The position numbers and the translations under genes were made by a program. 64,000 nt of DNA from a virus. Positions within the stretch are counted from its first letter, which is position 1. The number at the start of each line of letters is the position of its first letter. Positions 63,975 to 64,000 of this stretch are shown one piece after another. The stretch is taken from positions 16,808 through 80,807 of IMG/VR virus record IMGVR_UViG_3300042945_001784. One strand, written 5' to 3'. The notes beneath the pieces were generated by a model that was not told where the DNA came from, made no database searches, and was given only the letters and a program-made list of their open reading frames with translations.

Positions 63975-64000
63975 AGTAGTTAGTTACCTTTCTTTTTCTT

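Noticed and set aside
1-64000. Stop-codon reassignment / alternative genetic code
   Set aside because: Core genes (PolA, primase, TerL, capsid) are full length in the standard code and no suppressor tRNA is present.

Overview
The window is a 64 kb segment of a tailed dsDNA phage genome, very likely a lytic freshwater cyanophage. That host and lifestyle call is an inference from typical cyanophage small-gene families and a Tyr-type T7-like PolA; the gene set recalls the S-EIV1-like lineage, which I cannot verify here. The + strand mostly carries replication, nucleotide-metabolism and early genes: ThyX, an ArdC-like protein, PolA, dCMP deaminase, SSB, a DUF5895-like protein, a SWIM protein, a Gp157-like protein, a PD-(D/E)XK exonuclease, a primase-helicase, two HNH-like proteins and a Dam-like MTase. 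The - strand carries the virion/lysis block (terminase, probable portal, scaffold and major capsid, tail fibres, four cell-wall hydrolase-like genes, many internal-virion-like proteins) plus Dps. tRNA-Leu(TAA) and tRNA-Pro(TGG) lie on the + strand. The most notable observations are: (1) a GC-rich hypervariable array of paralogous mini-genes (14.97-17.4 kb) punctuated by a repeated CCCAG-TAGT-N7-ACTW dyad that exactly brackets one gene like an integron cassette, with a visible recombination scar; (2) a 62-nt tRNA-like RNA with encoded CCA but no anticodon loop; (3) a ~290-nt multi-hairpin, pseudoknot-rich intergenic RNA candidate, plus a second structured RNA resembling the manA motif; (4) a circularly permuted M23 peptidase; (5) short motifs (FLxxY, C-terminal YF) shared by otherwise unrelated probable virion proteins, suggesting a packaging or ejection sorting code. 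All protein family calls come from motif recognition by eye, not database searches.
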